Origin: Candidatus Moanibacter sp. | GTDB lineage: Bacteria; Verrucomicrobiota; Verrucomicrobiia; Opitutales; UBA2987 | Direction: 5' to 3' | DNA: 24,139 nt | Assembly (NCBI GenBank): GCA_965215885.1 | Contig: CBDCEW010000046.1 | Location: 1-24,139 of the forward strand | In this document: in pieces, positions 1 through 9,366 of the stretch | Position numbering within the stretch: the stretch's first letter is position 1 | Layout of the letters: the number at the start of each line of letters is the position of its first letter | Position numbers and translations under genes: made by a program | Notes under the pieces: generated by a model | What the model was told of the DNA's origin: nothing | The model's input: the letters and a program-made list of their open reading frames with translations, nothing else | Databases searched by the model: none

Positions 1-2
1 TC

Positions 3-557
3 AGATCTTTCCTTCGTCAGGATCCGGATAAAATCATGGTTGGGGAAATCCGCGACCTGGAAACGGCGAGAATCGCAGTGCAGGCTTCCTTGACCGGGCA
101 CCTCGTTATGAGCACGCTTCACACGAACGATGCCCCTGGTGCGATTACCCGTCTGATGGACATGGGTCTGGAACCCTACCTCATCGCCTCGACCCTCGAG
201 TGCGTGCTGGCGCAGCGATTGATCCGGAGAAACTGCCGAGACTGTCGGGTGAATTATCAACCGCGGCGTGAGCTTCTCAAACAACTCGATGGGTTTCATT
301 CCGGCGCTCCGACGGTGCGATTTTTCTACGGTCGGGGCTGTGAGGCTTGCAATCAGATCGGATATCGGGGACGTATGGGTATCTATGAACTGCTTCAGAT
401 CAGTGATCGATTTCGAGAGTTGATTTCGAGTAGAGCACCGACCCTGCAACTGAGGAAAAAGGCAATCGCAGAGGGTATGAGAACTCTTCGTGAAGAAGGT
501 ATGCGAGCAATTGTTGATGGAGAGAGCACCATTGAAGAAGTGCTGAGGTGCACTTGA
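3..557 (+). CDS. Type IV pilus / type II secretion ATPase (PilB/GspE family), 3' part; 5' end lies outside the window
   Basis: The frame is open from base 3: [18 protein letters not shown] (Walker B region), [14 protein letters not shown] (His box), CxxC...CxxC zinc motif, [10 protein letters not shown]. Confidence 0.95.
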   Translation, partial: RSFLRQDPDKIMVGEIRDLETARIAVQASLTGHLVMSTLHTNDAPGAITRLMDMGLEPYLIASTLECVLAQRLIRRNCRDCRVNYQPRRELLKQLDGFHSGAPTVRFFYGRGCEACNQIGYRGRMGIYELLQISDRFRELISSRAPTLQLRKKAIAEGMRTLREEGMRAIVDGESTIEEVLRCT

Positions 558-564
558 TCGGAGT

Positions 565-1929
565 ATGTTGACCTATCGATATACGGCAGTAGACAGAAAG
601 GGCCGGGAAAAGAGGGGGCGAATCGAGGCGACATCTCAAGATGAATCTAGCAGCCTGTCGGACTCATTGACGTCGGAATTTCGATCTGTCAGCACGAATT
701 CGGCACTCCCCGAATGTTAGGAATTCTAAGTCCGACAGATTCCTGGCACCAGAGTTTCCGATATGGGTTGGATCATTACTCAGATGGAAATGGAAACCAA
801 GAGGAATTCCGATGATTCCCTTCAACGTTCGTTGCCTTTGCACAGGCGTCTTGATAGAAGAAGATTCTTTGGAATTGGGCGCGCGTCCACCCCGGGGCAT
901 ATTGCTGTTTTCACTCGTCAGCTTGCCACGATGCTGCGATCCGGCCTACCTCTCCTGCGAAGTTTGGAGGTGCTGATTCGCCAGGAAAAGAGCGGCCCGT
1001 TCAAGGAAGTCGTGGAAGGGCTTGCCGACACGATTCGAAATGGAAATAATCTCTCGGATGGGTTGCGGCTGTTTCCCGATGTTTTCAGTGATCTCTATAT
1101 TAATATGACAAGAGCGGGAGAGGCGGGCGGTGTGCTCGACACTGTTTTGCTCCGGTTGGCTGAGTTTCTGGAGAAAAGTGTCAGAACGTTGCGAAGAATA
1201 AAGGCGGCCATGATATATCCGGTCATCGTTGTCGCAGTCGCGTTTATTATCGTTGGGCTACTCATGGTCTTCGTGATTCCTCGTTTTCAGTCTATTTATC
1301 ACGATTTACTGAGAGGGGCTTCGCTGCCGACACTGACGCAGTGGACGATTGATACCAGCACACTTTTGAAAGATTACTGGTGGGCTCTGATTGTTGTGAT
1401 TCCGATGGTGATCTATCTTTACAAATGGATTCGGCGAACTGAATCAGGGGGACGTTTTATCGACCGATTTTTCCTCAACATGCCTCGAGTAGGTGAGCTG
1501 GTTTCGAAACTGGCGATTGCCCGATTTAGCCGGACCTTCGCTACGCTTCTGGAAAGTGGCGTACCGCTGCTTAAAGCGCTTCTTATTACGCGCGACGTTG
1601 TCGGAAACAGGGTCATAATGGATGCCATGAATACCGTGCATGACCGGGTGCGCGATGGTGAGAGTATTGCGACGACTCTCGAGCAGGCAGGCGTCTTTCC
1701 CGATATGGTTACAAGTATGATCGACGTCGGCGAAGAAACCGGACAGCTGGCTCAAATGCTTCACCGGATCGCCGATGCCTACGAGGAAGAAGTAGATCAT
1801 GCAGTCGCCGCGGTTACCTCAGCCATCGAGCCTATCATGATTGTGCTCCTGGCCGTCTTTGTTGGAACCATTGTGATCGCTCTCTTTTTGCCCGTTATCA
1901 ACATTATCGAAAATCTGAGTGTAGGGTAG
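565..1929 (+). CDS. pilC: PilC/GspF inner-membrane platform protein, 5' region interrupted by a 96-bp insert carrying an in-frame TAG (possible pseudogene or N-terminally truncated product from ATG 763)
   Basis: ATG 565 gives a typical PilC start, MLTYRYTAVDRKGREKRGRIEA, in the same frame as ORF 763-1929 (FTRQLATMLRSGLPLL, AGEAGGVLD, VGEETGQL, IEPIMI). The TAG at 718-720 lies in the insert. Removing 647-742 restores ...QDESGTRVSDMGW... Confidence 0.88.
647..746. mobile_element. MITE-like insert with CTAG/CTGG flanks
   Basis: ctag-cagcCTGTCGGACT (655-664) ... AGTCCGACAG (729-738)-attc-ctgg is a perfect 10-bp inverted repeat. Deleting 96 bp restores the pilC frame. Confidence 0.75.
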
Positions 1930-1960
1930 GAATTCGCCTTATGAAAAGTTTCAATTAGCC

Positions 1961-2500
1961 ATGCCCATTTACGAGTATTACTGCTCCAACAATAACAAGG
2001 TCTACTCCTTTTACGCCAAGTCGATGGCACAGGGGGAAAGCATACCAAGGTGTCCGAACAACCCGAAATTCAGCATGAAGAAAATGATATCCGGTTTTTC
2101 GGTGATGGGCAAGAAGGGCGACTCAGAGAAGGACGGGGGACAGTTTGGCGACGATCTCGATGATCCTCGACTGGGAGCGGCCATGGCAGAGATGGAGCGC
2201 GAGGTTTCGGGTATGGACGAGGAAAATCCTGATCCTCGGCAAATGGGCAGGCTTATGCGGAAGATGGCCGAGATTAGTGGAGAGCGAATGCCCGAAAGCA
2301 TGGAGGAAATGATGCGCCGCCTGGAAGCAGGGGAAGATCCCGAGAAACTGGAAGAAGAATTCGGCGACGTGCTTGAAGAGGAGTTGCCGGAAGGGGAAAC
2401 GGATACACTCGATTCCGGCGCCACCGGGAGAGCAAAGACTCGCCGCCGAGCTCCTCCCTTACGCGATCCGACATTGTACGATCTCGAGGATTTCATCTAG
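1961..2500 (+). CDS. FmdB-family zinc-ribbon-like regulatory protein with acidic C-terminal extension
   Basis: N-terminal MPIYEYYC...RCP motif, followed by a Met/Glu-rich helical tail. Confidence 0.8.
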   Translation: MPIYEYYCSNNNKVYSFYAKSMAQGESIPRCPNNPKFSMKKMISGFSVMGKKGDSEKDGGQFGDDLDDPRLGAAMAEMEREVSGMDEENPDPRQMGRLMRKMAEISGERMPESMEEMMRRLEAGEDPEKLEEEFGDVLEEELPEGETDTLDSGATGRAKTRRRAPPLRDPTLYDLEDFI

Positions 2501-2634
2501 CCCGGACATCTCCCACACATCGTAGCGAAAATGCGTCCCGGCGCGCCGGGACGGCTCAAGGCCTTTTTGCAGTCCGGCGGGCGATCCCGGCACGCCGGGA
2601 TCGCAGCAGATGGTTTGTGAAAAGTTCGGGCTAG
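2497..2634. mobile_element. CTAG-flanked MITE-like element containing two REP-like palindromes
   Basis: ctagcccggacatctcccacacatc ... gatggtttgtgaaaagttcgggctag form imperfect terminal inverted repeats. Internal palindromes lie at 2534-2553 and 2581-2604. Confidence 0.65.
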
Positions 2635-2725
2635 CCCGCTTTTCTCACGGATTTCCGAGGAGGATGTTGCGGCAATATGCTCTTCCCAACGCGGTGCTAT
2701 TTGCCGGCCACAAAAAACGGGCTAA
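2631..2725. mobile_element. Second, abutting MITE-like element with CTAG/CTAA flanks
   Basis: ctagcccgcttttc ... aaaaaacgggctaa form an imperfect inverted repeat. It shares the CTAG at 2631 with the previous element. Confidence 0.55.
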
Positions 2726-2928
2726 GGAAACTGGTAACAGGAGCGCGTTGCCGAGGAACAGGCCTTGAGGTAGACGGGCTCGTCGTCGAGGCCGACCTCT
2801 GTCATCGTCTTGTTGCACCAGCAGTGAGGAGGTTCATCGGGTTGGACGGAGTCGAAGAGAGCTTCCTCGGCCTCATCGGGAATATACATCTTCTTGGTTC
2901 GAAGATGCTTACAGGCTAGTGATGGCAT
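2722..2928 (-). CDS. Small Cys-rich hypothetical protein (68 aa) at the end of the molybdoenzyme operon
   Basis: MPSLACKHLRTKKMYIP...HCWCNKTMTEVGLDD...C...RSC. ATG 2928 lies 52 bp downstream of the FAD-subunit stop, on the same strand. Confidence 0.7.
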   Translation of the reverse strand: MPSLACKHLRTKKMYIPDEAEEALFDSVQPDEPPHCWCNKTMTEVGLDDEPVYLKACSSATRSCYQFP

Positions 2929-2980
2929 TTGAAGAGTATGGTTGATTAATTGCCCATTCCAGCGGCGTTGGCGCCTGATT

Positions 2981-3940
2981 CTAATGGAGTGAAAGCAACG
3001 TTCTGCGAATGAGGGTGTGGGCGAGTGATATTTTATACCGGTTGTGTTGCTGAGGTTCTGCCCCCTGCAGGAGAATGTCAGCAGCTTGAGCGGCGGTGTC
3101 TGCATCTAACGCTCTTCCCTCGAGAAACCGGTTTGCATCCGCCGACTGGTGGGGTATGTTCGAGATAGCGCCAAGCGCGACGCGCGCCTTTCTTAAGATA
3201 CCGCCTTTTACCATACCGGCTGCGGCACAACTGACGAGGGCCCAGTCGAAGTCAGCTTTTTCCGTGACCTGAAGATAGGCGCTGGAAGGGCGTTCCAACG
3301 GGATTTGAACACTCAGTATAAGATCCGCGTTCTTGAGGGAGTTGTGGGCATAGGGATTGAACCAGGCATCCTGATAGAAATCTTCCATCGACATCTTCAG
3401 AATTCCGCCTTTTCGACGGACGGTGGCGGTGGCGTCAAGAGCGGTCAGAATTACCGCCAAATTGGAAACGACGGGGCTGATACAGGGATTGCCCGAAAAG
3501 AGGCTGTGGTATTTATTCTCTCCTTCGCGTGCGTAGCACATCACTCCCTTGTTTTTAAGGCACTTGATGTCCCGATGGCGGTAATACCAACACCGCGAGT
3601 GCTGGGCAAGATTGCCTCCTACTGTTCCCATGTTTCTGATTTGAGGCGATCCCACACGTTCCGTGGCTTCAGCTAAACCGGGAAATGCGCTCCTGATACC
3701 GGTGTGTGAGGCCAATTCCTGGAGGATAGTATTGGCCCCAACGCTCCAGGAAGATTCGCTCTGCACGATAGTATCGATTCCGGGCAATTCCTTGATATTT
3801 ACAAGCCGGTCAGGTTCGATAACAAAATCCTTCAATTCGCCTAGAAGATCGGTCCCGCCGGCGAGAAACCGACCGGATTTTCCGACCAGCTCGACAGCGC
3901 CTTCCGCTGAGTTCGCCGTCACATACTGAAATTGCTTCAT
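2981..3940 (-). CDS. Xanthine dehydrogenase family FAD-binding subunit (PaoB/YagS-like, with 4Fe-4S insert)
   Basis: AGGTDL, SPQIRNMGTVGGNL and the Cys cluster RCWYYR..C.K..G..C...C. Confidence 0.93.
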   Translation of the reverse strand: MKQFQYVTANSAEGAVELVGKSGRFLAGGTDLLGELKDFVIEPDRLVNIKELPGIDTIVQSESSWSVGANTILQELASHTGIRSAFPGLAEATERVGSPQIRNMGTVGGNLAQHSRCWYYRHRDIKCLKNKGVMCYAREGENKYHSLFSGNPCISPVVSNLAVILTALDATATVRRKGGILKMSMEDFYQDAWFNPYAHNSLKNADLILSVQIPLERPSSAYLQVTEKADFDWALVSCAAAGMVKGGILRKARVALGAISNIPHQSADANRFLEGRALDADTAAQAADILLQGAEPQQHNRYKISLAHTLIRRTLLSLH

Positions 3941-3954
3941 CGTCGCATGGTTCG

Positions 3955-6093
3955 TTAAGCGGGAGATTGAAAGATCTGTGAAAAGAGATTCGGCGAGTCG
4001 TTGAAAGCAAGATCCATTTTCCCTTCCTGCACTCGGCCCAACGCGGCGAGGACCTTGTCGGGTGTAATGGGCAGGCTGGTGACACGTTTACCGATGGCAT
4101 TGGCCACGGCATTGGCAATGGCAGCGGCCGTGGGTATCGTGGTCGGCTCGCCGATACCGATTACCCCCCTCTCCGGCATTTCAAAAAGAACAACCTCGAT
4201 ATCCGGCATATCCTGCGCTCCCGGTATCTTGTATGTTTCGAAATTCTGGTTGAGGACAATACCACTGGCGCCATCCATTATTCGTTCCTCAAATAAAGCG
4301 TATCCGATCCCTCCGATGATGCCTCCGTAGACCTGGCTCTCGCATGTCTTGCGACTAAGGACGAGGCCACAGTCTTGGACGCATAGAACCCTTTTTACGC
4401 GAACGAAGCCGGTTTCAGTATCGACCTCTACCTCTGCCATCTGCACTCCACCGACACCACGTGAGGAGAGACCTTTCTTCCATTCTCCCTGTGCAACGAG
4501 GGGATTAACCCCCAACTTACCGCAGGCGGTCGACCAGTTAGGACCGATCGGATTCTGCATGCCGCTGATTTCCTTCAACTCTTTTAACGCGTTGTGACAG
4601 GCGTCGTAAACAGCTGGAGTGACGGAAGCTGCAGTCGTGCTTCCCCCGCTACCTCCGGAGGGCGGAAAATGGGTATCACCGAGACGCGCCGTGATGGCGG
4701 AGGGATTCATTCCGAATACTTCCGCTGCCACAACAGCCATTAATGTCCGGGTTCCCGTTCCCAGGTCTTGTGTTCCGCATCGTACCTCCACGGACCCGTC
4801 CGCGTTAATTTCCACTTCCGCTTTAGTACCGCGCCCGCCGCCGCCCCACGTGGCACCACCTAGGCCTATACCGGATTTTACGACTCCCGGCGAACTGCCC
4901 GGTGGCCGGTAGTTCTCCTTCCATCTGAATTGTTTCGCCGCCAGTCGCCACTCCTTTTGCCGTGTTTCGTCGGGATCGTTTTTCAGGCGAAGATCGAGAG
5001 GATCCATACCCATTTTCACGGCAAGTTCATCCATAATCGATTCCATACCAAACGATGCTTGTGGATGGCCAGGCGCGCGGTAGGCCCGGGAGGAGCCGGC
5101 ATTGATCGCCACACCGGTCTGGCTGACGCGAATGTTGGGAATCTCATACAAGTAGGGCGCTGGAAATCCCGCTCGCCCTCCCCCTCCTTCCGAAGAGGGT
5201 CCGCCGGCGTAACCGGAAGTGCCAAAGGCCTCCAGTTCGTAGGCCAACAGCTTGCCCTCGCGGTCCGCTCCAAGCCGGATCTTTTGAAAGGATGAGGGTC
5301 GGTTTCCGACAGCTTTCATTTCGTCAAACCGGGGCAACATCAGCTTAACCGGGGCGCCGGTTTCCATCGTCAGCCGAGCCACGAGCACACCCTCAACTCC
5401 GGGTCCGAATTTTGAGCCGAATCCGCCTCCCATAAAATCGCTTAAGACGCGAATCTTACTCTCCGGCATGTCGAGATTTCGAGCCAGTCCGTCGCGCACG
5501 CTGAAGATCCCCTGCGTGGAAGACCAGACAGTCAATTCACCCCCCTCGGACGCCGCGGTGTTACCGTGGGTCTCAAGAGAATTGTGCAGCTGAACAGGAG
5601 TATTGAAAAATCCTTCGACAATAAACGCTGCCTGGGCGAAGGCCTCGTTTACATCCCCCTCTTCTTTTATCCGCGGTTCGCCGAGATTGGGATAGCCTTG
5701 AAAGACTTGTGGGGAATCCGGCTTTACCGCTATTTCTTCATGCACGACAAAAGGAAGCGGAGTGGCCTCTATCTGGATTTGCCTCAGGGCATCTTCGCAA
5801 ACCTGCTTGGTGGTGCCCGCCACGGCCGCGAGTTCCTGGCCATAATAACGAGCCGTAAATTCGACTTCCTGGGAGAGGATGGCGGCACGCACCCCCCGAA
5901 TCTTTTTCGCTTTTGAAAGATCAATAGCGTGGATTTTCGCGTGCGGCCAGGGCGATCTCAGAATCATTCCGAAAAGCCATCCTTTTGGTTGAACGTCAGA
6001 AGCATATTTTGCCTCCCCTTTAACTTTCAAAGGGCCGTCAACGCGGTCGATCCTCTTGCCGATTACTTTCGGCTCTTTTGGCCAACTAGGCAT
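3955..6093 (-). CDS. Xanthine dehydrogenase family molybdopterin-binding subunit (PaoC/YagR-like)
   Basis: RVDGPLKVKGEAKY, LRSPWPHA, MGGGFGSK, YRAPG, QDLGTG, SGGS, GIGEP (catalytic Glu). Confidence 0.95.
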   Translation of the reverse strand: MPSWPKEPKVIGKRIDRVDGPLKVKGEAKYASDVQPKGWLFGMILRSPWPHAKIHAIDLSKAKKIRGVRAAILSQEVEFTARYYGQELAAVAGTTKQVCEDALRQIQIEATPLPFVVHEEIAVKPDSPQVFQGYPNLGEPRIKEEGDVNEAFAQAAFIVEGFFNTPVQLHNSLETHGNTAASEGGELTVWSSTQGIFSVRDGLARNLDMPESKIRVLSDFMGGGFGSKFGPGVEGVLVARLTMETGAPVKLMLPRFDEMKAVGNRPSSFQKIRLGADREGKLLAYELEAFGTSGYAGGPSSEGGGGRAGFPAPYLYEIPNIRVSQTGVAINAGSSRAYRAPGHPQASFGMESIMDELAVKMGMDPLDLRLKNDPDETRQKEWRLAAKQFRWKENYRPPGSSPGVVKSGIGLGGATWGGGGRGTKAEVEINADGSVEVRCGTQDLGTGTRTLMAVVAAEVFGMNPSAITARLGDTHFPPSGGSGGSTTAASVTPAVYDACHNALKELKEISGMQNPIGPNWSTACGKLGVNPLVAQGEWKKGLSSRGVGGVQMAEVEVDTETGFVRVKRVLCVQDCGLVLSRKTCESQVYGGIIGGIGYALFEERIMDGASGIVLNQNFETYKIPGAQDMPDIEVVLFEMPERGVIGIGEPTTIPTAAAIANAVANAIGKRVTSLPITPDKVLAALGRVQEGKMDLAFNDSPNLFSQIFQSPA

Positions 6094-6095
6094 CC

Positions 6096-6196
6096 TTTAA
6101 TCGCTCCGGGTTCAATTCCCCGAAGCTTGCTTCGTACCTTCAATTTTGAGATCTGGAAACTCAAATGCCTCGGGGCTTGCCCCGAGGATCTTTACC
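6096..6196 (+). mobile_element. Non-autonomous IS200/IS605-like double-hairpin element, copy 1
   Basis: TTTAA-tcgctccggg...CGAAGCttGCTTCG...CCTCGGGGCttGCCCCGAGG-atcTTTACC; identical to 9266-9366. No terminal inverted repeat or target duplication. Confidence 0.8.
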
Positions 6197-6844
6197 CGAT
6201 ACAACTTTGGTTTTGGAAGCGGTTTTAACGCCCGCTGCATCGAGCGCTGCGTCGAAAACTCGGGGATAGGTACCGCAACGGCAGAGGTTACCGGAACAGG
6301 CCTCTCGAACCTCCGCTTCATTGGGGTGTGGATTCGCCTCGAGGAGGGCCGAAAGACTTATGATAAACCCCGGCGTGCAATAGCCGCACATAAGAGAGTC
6401 ATTCTTAACGAAAGCCTCTTGAAGCTTTGAAAGCCTCCCTTCTTTGGCGAGGCCCTCAACTGTCGTGATACTCCGATCCTGGGCCTCGATTGCCAAAATC
6501 ATGCACGAATATATGGGACTTCCATCGAGCAGAACGGTACAGGCACCACAGGTGGCGCGGTCACACACTTCCTTCGCTCCCGTTTCCGTGGAGTGGTTGC
6601 GGAGTACATCGAGGAGGGTGACGCGGGGCTCGAGCACAAATCTCTTATCTCTGCCGTTAATCATCAGGGTGATTGGTACGGCTTCCGGTCCGTTGACGCT
6701 TTCGCGATTTGTGCGTTCCAGTTGCTCGGCCAGGCCTTCGGCATGGACTGCTGCGCTCGCCACAGCCGAGGAACCGACTCCTTTGAGAAACTGCCGGCGG
6801 GTGATGGAGTGATTGCTTACGGTCCTTATTCTTCTCTCCCTCAT
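6161..6844 (-). CDS. 2x[2Fe-2S] subunit with Tat signal (PaoA/YagT-like); last ~11 codons supplied by the inserted element
   Basis: TRRQFLKG twin-arginine motif, CDRATCGAC..C, CGYC...CRC. The tail GKDPRGKPRGI is read from the element. Confidence 0.93.
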   Translation of the reverse strand: MRERRIRTVSNHSITRRQFLKGVGSSAVASAAVHAEGLAEQLERTNRESVNGPEAVPITLMINGRDKRFVLEPRVTLLDVLRNHSTETGAKEVCDRATCGACTVLLDGSPIYSCMILAIEAQDRSITTVEGLAKEGRLSKLQEAFVKNDSLMCGYCTPGFIISLSALLEANPHPNEAEVREACSGNLCRCGTYPRVFDAALDAAGVKTASKTKVVSGKDPRGKPRGI

Positions 6845-7518
6845 TCCGACAGGTAGCGATTCTTTGCTTCCAGATACTCGGCAGGCGTGTCGATATCGTC
6901 GTTTACGCCTAAATCCTCCGTCTGTAAAGTGCGAACCAAACCGGAGTTCACGTTTATTACATTCTTAAGATGAAGATACCGTCCGGAGGACATTTCCGGG
7001 GCCAGCGTCCGAGGGAGAATTACGGGATGACCGTTCCTTGCACCCGCCCGTGGTTGGCAGATGCTCCGCGGATGATTACGGGCAAAATCCATTAGATTAC
7101 TTACTGTGGAAGCTTTCACTTGCGGCTGATCACCCAAGACGATCGCAAAATGTGTAATGTCTTCCCTCCAGCCTTTCCATTCGATTCCACATACTACCGA
7201 ACTGAACATTTCGGGCGTCGACTCGGGATTGAGGATTCGGGCATCGGAGGGAAAACGCAGGCGATCGAGTTCTTCGATCAAGGTGTAGTCGTCTTTGTAG
7301 CAGACGATGGCTAATTGGACGAACTCAAGTGATTGATAAAGGCCGATAAGGTGGCCGATTATTGTCGATTCGTTCCAGGGCAGCAGGAGTTTCGATCTGC
7401 CCATCCGGGTCGACTTACCTGCTGCCAGTATCATCACTCCCGGTTTGAATGATCCAGGGCACACTGAATCCGAGAGTTGAACCAATTCCGAGTCTTCGGC
7501 GGCGTTTTCAGCCTCCAT
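6841..7518 (-). CDS. mocA: Molybdenum cofactor cytidylyltransferase-like nucleotidyltransferase
   Basis: ILAAGKSTRMGRSKLLL, LGDQP, GHPV, DIDTP. The stop overlaps the next ATG (ATGA at 6841-6844). Confidence 0.8.
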   Translation of the reverse strand: MEAENAAEDSELVQLSDSVCPGSFKPGVMILAAGKSTRMGRSKLLLPWNESTIIGHLIGLYQSLEFVQLAIVCYKDDYTLIEELDRLRFPSDARILNPESTPEMFSSVVCGIEWKGWREDITHFAIVLGDQPQVKASTVSNLMDFARNHPRSICQPRAGARNGHPVILPRTLAPEMSSGRYLHLKNVINVNSGLVRTLQTEDLGVNDDIDTPAEYLEAKNRYLSE

Positions 7519-7542
7519 CGAGCGTTTTGTGAGAAAAGCGTG

Positions 7543-8301
7543 CTATAGGCGGTATTCGTCGATCTCGCCCAAAGCCACCAGAGCCTCGTTTTCTAGTTCT
7601 CCAAATCGGCCAAAGAAAACGCTCGATGTGCCGTGGTCTTTCCACAGCAGGCTCAAGGCCCTTTCTTTCACCGAAGACTTGTTATTGACGAAAACCCTGA
7701 ATGCGGCCGTTTTCGATTTGGGTTCATACCATAATGATTCGCCGCAACTACCCATTCTGCATGACTTCCAACTCTGCGCCTTTATCGTGGCGGTCTCTCC
7801 AATTTCAACTGATAGGAAGTGCCCCTCTCTTTCGAATCGTATGGAACTCTCTTTTTCTTCCACCGATCCCGAGGAGAGTGTCGCATCCGATTCCTTAAGC
7901 CATAGAAGGATAGCTTCCTTTTGTTCGCTGGAGGAGTTACTCGGTAGATAAATGATACTTTTCGTAGGCAGGGTTTCTTCAAAAGCGAGATTTGCCCTCG
8001 CCACCTGCAAGAGCGCAACTTGCAAACCGGCAAGTTCCTCACCGTTATACCTCCCGGAGTCAAAGCTCCAAACTCTTAACAGAGAACGTCCGCTGGAGGT
8101 GGCTTGGGATGAGGCCACGCATCCGCCCGTATACACTTCGCAGGAGTGAAGCTCCACTACGCTTCCGGAAGGCGTGTTAACCGGATTGGCGAAAGCTAAG
8201 AGAGGGCTACACGAGACTCCGAAGATAGCTAAGATTCGGATATTCACTATTCTAAACGATATTGATTCAACAGCGAGAACTTTAGGACCAAAGGCAGTCA
8301 C
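7543..8301 (-). CDS. Exported Cys-containing hypothetical protein (DUF1326-like); true start probably GTG 8247
   Basis: 252-codon ORF with a signal-peptide-like stretch, HSCEVYTGGC and CRMGSCGE motifs; 24 bp upstream of mocA. Confidence 0.6.
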   Translation of the reverse strand: MTAFGPKVLAVESISFRIVNIRILAIFGVSCSPLLAFANPVNTPSGSVVELHSCEVYTGGCVASSQATSSGRSLLRVWSFDSGRYNGEELAGLQVALLQVARANLAFEETLPTKSIIYLPSNSSSEQKEAILLWLKESDATLSSGSVEEKESSIRFEREGHFLSVEIGETATIKAQSWKSCRMGSCGESLWYEPKSKTAAFRVFVNNKSSVKERALSLLWKDHGTSSVFFGRFGELENEALVALGEIDEYRL

Positions 8302-9265
8302 GCTATACTCGCACAGATCCCAGTTTCTCTAGAAAAAGATATACGCAGAAAGTGGAATTAGCAAGCGATTCGGAGGAGATGCAGAGTTTGTTTCTCGGTA
8401 GCGATCTCTCAAACCGAAATTTCTAATTCTTCATAGCAAAGAGAGTGATGGCGGGGTGGATTATGGTTGTTTGACCTATTTTCGCTTAATTATAGGATAG
8501 GTGGAATCATTCTTACGGATTGTGGCTCCAAGTTTAGATTCATCCCGCGCAGCCGGATCAGAAAGTGGTCGCGGAATCCGAAACGACGACTTTTTCAGCA
8601 GTATCCACTTCGGGAGTCCGACAGAAACTCATATCGCAGAGACGAGATATGTTCCGACGCTTTCCACTTTCGATTATACTTACCGCCCTGATGTTCGGGG
8701 GCGTGGCCTATTTCTGTCTTCGCGACGAACCTGACTCAAAACGGGATTTGAGTGCCCCGGCAGAAAAGACTACGGAATATACCCGGTTGAATCCGGGAGA
8801 CATGGGCAAGCCAGGGCTTGGAGGAGGGAGCGGAAATCCGGCTCCTCGACCGGAGGAGTACTCTAATCTGCTGAATCATAAAACGATAGGGATTCGGGAT
8901 CGCTTGGCTGAGTATGACACAGTTGCCGACAAAACCGAATATTTGACCGAGAGATCTGCCGAACGTATCCGTCTGCTCCGTTTGTCAAAGGGGGAGGCCA
9001 TTGTGAGGGTGGAGGAGCGACTACAAATGGATGATTCAGGGGGTTGGATGTTGATTAGTCAGGTGGCTATGCTGGCAGACCGAATTCTGGTGACACCCAC
9101 CGATGAGAGGGCTCGAGAGAAACTCGAATTGATCGCGGAAAAGGAGGGTTATCATCTGGTCAGAAACAGTCCTTATTCCCCGCTCTTTAAAGTCGTGCTG
9201 CCCGATGCGGGGCTGAATTCTATTCCAGTAAGCATCGAATTGATCACCATTTCAGGGAAAGGGAG

Positions 9266-9366
9266 TTTAATCGCTCCGGGTTCAATTCCCCGAAGCTTGC
9301 TTCGTACCTTCAATTTTGAGATCTGGAAACTCAAATGCCTCGGGGCTTGCCCCGAGGATCTTTACC
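9266..9366 (+). mobile_element. Non-autonomous IS200/IS605-like double-hairpin element, copy 2 (in-frame in the S8 prodomain)
   Basis: Base-for-base identical to 6096-6196; translated as LIAPGSIPRSLLRTFNFEIWKLKCLGACPEDLYP. Confidence 0.85.

Noticed and set aside
555..557. Sec readthrough at other TGA stops (ATPase, mocA, S8, dmpA, NCS1)
   Set aside because: These proteins end at family-typical C-termini with no conserved Cys position at the TGA.
2929..3105. 127-aa version of the small Cys-rich ORF
   Set aside because: It overlaps the FAD subunit; ATG 2928 is the more plausible start.
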